A stretch of 44,604 nucleotides of DNA from Mesotaenium endlicherianum (Eukaryota): NCBI GenBank assembly GCA_009602735.1, contig WELA01002318.1, positions 271,939 to 316,542 of the forward strand. The letters run 5' to 3'. Numbering within the stretch: the first letter of the stretch is position 1; every line of letters begins with the position of its first letter. The notes beneath the pieces are model-generated. The model was not told the origin of the DNA and ran no database searches. It was given only the letters and a program-made list of their open reading frames with translations. The translations under genes and the position numbers were made by a program. Below are positions 41,701 through 44,604 of this stretch, one piece after another.

Positions 41701-44344
41701 AGCAGCTCCACTTGGGAGAATTTTCACTACGGCAGTCTTTTCTTTCACATTCTTACTCCACATTCCACTTTGCGTACTCACAAATCGAATGCTGCGAGCA
41801 GTTACGAGGACGAGCCTTACCACTTTGATCATCGCACGTCAGTCAACAACATGACTTAAGTGCAACCACATCCACGCATGGCGCGACACACGTGCCAGGA
41901 GACAGGTCTGAGGGCTCTGGCCTCCAAAGACACGGCTGAAGATGGCCCCAGCAGCTGTTGCTTCTCCTGCCCTTAGGACCTAGCGGCATCTCACCTGTCT
42001 TACATACGTTATGGAACTCTGACCAGACAGAAGAGAGAGCTTTGATCAAGAGGCGCCTGGTACCTTGCTCGGCGGTGGGAAGGGAGGACGCCGTGGGCGA
42101 CGGCGCCGGGGCACCTGGCAGGGTGCCTGCAGAGCCCAGCAGATGAGATGAAGGAGCATGCATGCAGCACCCGCAACGCCTGTAAGTGCGAGGCCCCCAA
42201 CATTGACAGGAGAACGCAACGCACACATCAACGGCATGAGCCGAGGAGCGAGTGGTGAGGTATCAAATGGGAAGCTACGTACCCAACTCGCCGGGAAGAA
42301 CTTCTAAACTCAGGCCCGTGTCTTGCCGTTGCGTCAAATTACCAGGCGATGGCTCTCAGTGTGACTCACAGGGAGATCCCAGGTCGTGCTCAGTACAGGC
42401 AGCAAAAGAGCACAAGAGGCACGGTGAGAAAGGAAGGCACAAAGAAGACACCAACAGCAGCGCTGGACTCCTTGCGCTCACACATTCCTCGTTCTGAGAG
42501 TGCGCCAGGACCCGACCACTTGTCTCCGCCAGACTGCCCGCCACTCACCACCCGCCACCCCCCCGGGCCCACCCCACCGCCCGCCACCCGTCACTTTCCC
42601 CACTCCCCTCCACCCTCCCTCCCCCCCAGTAAGATGACGAAGTGACACGTGTCCCACTCACGGGTTCTGAGCCAGGAAGACCCAGAGGAGTTGAGGGCAG
42701 GGGAGGGGAGAAGAGGGGGGGGGAGGCAGAGGACTCACAGTTGCCGTAGCCCACTTGGCACCCTACGGTGCAGTGGTCAGCTGTGACGCCACAAAAGCTG
42801 GACGAGGAGCAGCACTCTGGCGCAGGGCATTCGGCCACCCCCGGCCGGCACGCGCCACCTGCCGGATGTGTGGCCACAGCGTCAGGACTTCAGCCCCCTC
42901 CTCACTGAAGACGGGACGGGAACGTCGTGCAATGTGATCGATGGAGGGCCGGATCTGATCTGCAGCGGAGCCAGACGGCGACGCGGGGGGCAGACCTGAT
43001 GCGCTCGCAGGTCCATGCGCGCCTGCGCCTCTGCAACTTGGAACACGTTCTATGGGAAACTCCCTACCTTCACCCCGCACCCCTCCCCGCCCCCCACCCT
43101 CACCCTCACGCCCCTCCCNACATGTACACATTGTACACATGTTGTACACATGTTGTGACGTACATAAAATATTATATCATGAAGACAGCAGCTCCACTTG
43201 GGAGAATTTTCACTACGGCAGTCTTTTCTTTCACATTCTTACTCCACATTCCACTTTGCGTACTCACAAATCGAATGCTGCGAGCAGTTACGAGGACGAG
43301 CCTTACCACTTTGATCATCGCACGTCAGTCAACAACATGACTTAAGTGCAACCACATCCACGCATGGCGCGACACACGTGCCAGGAGACAGGTCTGAGGG
43401 CTCTGGCCTCCAAAGACACGGCTGAAGATGGCCCCAGCAGCTGTTGCTTCTCCTGCCCTTAGGACCTAGCGGCATCTCACCTGTCTTACATACGTTATGG
43501 AACTCTGACCAGACAGAAGAGAGAGCTTTGATCAAGAGGCGCCTGGTACCTTGCTCGGCGGTGGGAAGGGAGGACGCCGTGGGCGACGGCGCCGGGGCAC
43601 CTGGCAGGGTGCCTGCAGAGCCCAGCAGATGAGATGAAGGAGCATGCATGCAGCACCCGCAACGCCTGTAAGTGCGAGGCCCCCAACATTGACAGGAGAA
43701 CGCAACGCACACATCAACGGCATGAGCCGAGGAGCGAGTGGTGAGGTATCAAATGGGAAGCTACGTACCCAACTCGCCGGGAAGAACTTCTAAACTCAGG
43801 CCCGTGTCTTGCCGTTGCGTCAAATTACCAGGCGATGGCTCTCAGTGTGACTCACAGGGAGATCCCAGGTCGTGCTCAGTACAGGCAGCAAAAGAGCACA
43901 AGAGGCACGGTGAGAAAGGAAGGCACAAAGAAGACACCAACAGCAGCGCTGGACTCCTTGCGCTCACACATTCCTCGTTCTGAGAGTGCGCCAGGACCCG
44001 ACCACTTGTCTCCGCCAGACTGCCCGCCACTCACCACCCGCCACCCCCCCGGGCCCACCCCACCGCCCGCCACCCGTCACTTTCCCCACTCCCCTCCACC
44101 CTCCCTCCCCCCCAGTAAGATGACGAAGTGACACGTGTCCCACTCACGGGTTCTGAGCCAGGAAGACCCAGAGGAGTTGAGGGCAGGGGAGGGGAGAAGA
44201 GGGGGGGGGAGGCAGAGGACTCACAGTTGCCGTAGCCCACTTGGCACCCTACGGTGCAGTGGTCAGCTGTGACGCCACAAAAGCTGGACGAGGAGCAGCA
44301 CTCTGGCGCAGGGCATTCGGCCACCCCCGGCCGGCACGCGCCAC
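32618..44344 (-). CDS. Receptor-like kinase (RLK/Pelle, RD type) with 3 hevein/chitin-binding type-1 (CBM18) ectodomains (4 if the terminal duplication is real); 5' end/signal peptide not found in window
   Basis: Exons: [duplicate copy 44344-44225 hevein, 43612-43550 linker], 42858-42739 hevein-1, 42126-42064 linker, 40742-40617 hevein-2, 39989-39912 Pro-rich linker, 39151-39026 hevein-3, 38620-38366 S/P stalk + TM ([32 protein letters not shown]), then kinase exons 37725-37493 ([14 protein letters not shown]), 37155-37023 ([11 protein letters not shown]), 36750-36599 ([11 protein letters not shown]), 35669-35533 ([21 protein letters not shown]), 33660-33540 ([11 protein letters not shown]), 33028-32618 (LALKCV...RP, ends SYMEAR*). 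All junctions GT-AG and in frame. Confidence 0.9.
34471..35226. other. Assembly gap (N) in an RLK intron
   Basis: Run of N. Both flanks carry CTACACCCCACCTTAACCC. Confidence 0.99.
39026..39151 (-). CDS. Hevein domain exon 3 of the RLK ([42 protein letters not shown])
   Basis: Within ORF 38979..39167. Bounded by acag|GT...G|gtgtgt, phase 1-1, 8 Cys. Confidence 0.9.
40617..40742 (-). CDS. Hevein domain exon 2 of the RLK ([42 protein letters not shown])
   Basis: Translated directly; this frame is absent from the ORF track. Bounded by acag|GC...A|gtgagt, phase 1-1, 8 Cys. Confidence 0.88.
41535..41670. repeat. Tandem TGTACACA-type short repeat array (palindromic TGTACA core) in an RLK intron
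   Basis: Direct reading. The duplicated block starts inside this array. Confidence 0.9.
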
Positions 44345-44604
44345 CTGCCGGATGTGTGGCCACAGCGTCAGGACTTCAGCCCCCTCCTCACTGAAGACGG
44401 GACGGGAACGTCGTGCAATGTGATCGATGGAGGGCCGGATCTGATCTGCAGCGGAGCCAGACGGCGACGCGGGGGGCAGACCTGATGCGCTCGCAGGTCC
44501 ATGCGCGCCTGCGCCTCTGCAACTTGGAACACGTTCTATGGGAAACTCCCTACCTTCACCCCGCACCCCTCCCCGCCCCCCACCCTCACCCTCACGCCCC
44601 TCCC
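41634..44604. repeat. Apparently identical tandem duplication with 1486-bp period (41634-43118 vs 43120-44604) separated by a single N
   Basis: The ORF track repeats with offset 1486 (41843/43329, 42545/44031). No differences were seen by eye. N at 43119. Confidence 0.95.
42739..42858 (-). CDS. Hevein domain exon 1 of the RLK ([41 protein letters not shown])
   Basis: 8-Cys hevein spacing with CCS and FCG. Bounded by ag|GT...T|gtgagt (phase 1-1); the last Cys codon is completed by the next exon. Confidence 0.88.

Overview
Eukaryotic nuclear DNA that is intron-rich, with GC-rich exons, microsatellite-filled introns and several assembly gaps. Gene content (plant-type SEC10, F-box/SEL1/MYND protein, RLK/Pelle kinase) suggests a streptophyte, plausibly a charophyte/zygnematophyte alga; this is inference. 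Five spliced genes were reconstructed by hand with GT-AG junctions. (1) The 5' part of exocyst SEC10 (-). (2) A divergent, probably plastid-targeted At1g08530/At5g09995-like membrane protein (+), with one expected exon missing, probably in an N-gap. (3) A complete 7-exon, 431-aa Vms1-like release factor (+) of compact Bacteroidetes (bVLRF1) type, with a presequence-like N-terminus and no ankyrin or C2H2 domains. (4) An At1g67340-like F-box/SEL1/MYND protein (-). (5) A receptor-like kinase (-) whose ectodomain is made of hevein (CBM18) domains on phase-1/phase-1 exons. An AT-rich gene-free block (~23.8-32.5 kb) contains a 239-bp hAT-like MITE with an 8-bp TSD. The last 3 kb is an apparently identical 1486-bp tandem duplication joined by a single N, probably an assembly artefact. 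The most interesting items are the putative organellar bVLRF1 ribosome-rescue factor and the hevein-domain receptor kinase. Family assignments come from recalled motifs; no database search was run.
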